64,000 nucleotides of DNA from Rhodospirillales bacterium (GTDB taxonomy: Bacteria; Pseudomonadota; Alphaproteobacteria; Rhodospirillales; UBA2165): NCBI GenBank assembly GCA_028823885.1, contig JAPPFK010000152.1:293-64292 (forward strand), in the 5' to 3' direction. The position numbers were made by a program, and so were the translations under genes. This document shows, piece after piece, positions 63,913 to 64,000 of this stretch (positions are counted from its first letter, which is position 1; the number at the start of each line of letters is the position of its first letter). A model generated the notes under the pieces. The model was not told the DNA's origin, made no database searches, and saw nothing but the letters and a program-made list of their open reading frames with translations.

Positions 63913-64000
63913 TCACCCTCACCCTCCTCTTTTATGACCCCCTCACCCTAACCCTCTCCCCCTGAAGAAGGGGGAGAGGGGACAAGTGCTCCCTCGCCCC
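63913..64000. repeat. nested-palindrome intergenic repeat, copy C (cut by window end)
   Basis: TTCACCCTCACCCTCCTCTTTTATGACCCCCTCACCCTAACCCTCTCCCCCTGAAGAAGGGGGAGAGGGGA...CCCTCGCCCC, the same left half as copy B. Confidence 0.8.

Overview
High-G+C chromosomal segment, probably alphaproteobacterial (inferred from gene content and synteny). No rRNA, tRNA, CRISPR array, transposase or integrase was seen. Layout: (1) 1-3.2 kb holds rsmB and a heparinase II/III-family gene. (2) About 3.2-36.9 kb is a roughly 34-kb mosaic surface-polysaccharide (O-antigen/EPS-type) locus lying between that pair and purH. It carries an EPS-type wHTH regulator, an RfaH/NusG paralog followed by an ops-like site, many glycosyltransferases, a sulfotransferase, an MsbA-like ABC exporter, a radical SAM/SPASM protein, an HpcH-aldolase plus CMP-sugar synthetase pair, an aminosugar module, WecA-, WbuB- and CapD-like genes, and several gene remnants. 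A 24-kb part of it is bracketed by direct repeats of the gph gene. (3) 37-40.7 kb holds purH, a SIS isomerase and an MFS transporter. (4) 40.7-44.05 kb is an abruptly AT-richer three-gene cassette (tandem MazG-like, aGPT-pyrophosphorylase-like, divergent thymidylate-synthase-like). This is my top candidate for an undescribed nucleotide/DNA-base-modification or conflict system. (5) 44-64 kb holds the giant NAD-glutamate dehydrogenase and catabolic genes (amidohydrolase, ADH, thiolase/DUF35, CoA-transferase, an operon of NicX-like dioxygenase, hydrolase, ACAD and acyl-CoA ligase, a lone molybdo-hydroxylase large subunit, GST), interspersed with two families of palindromic intergenic repeats. All calls come from reading the ORF translations and sequence by eye. 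No searches or computations were run, and G+C statements are visual impressions.
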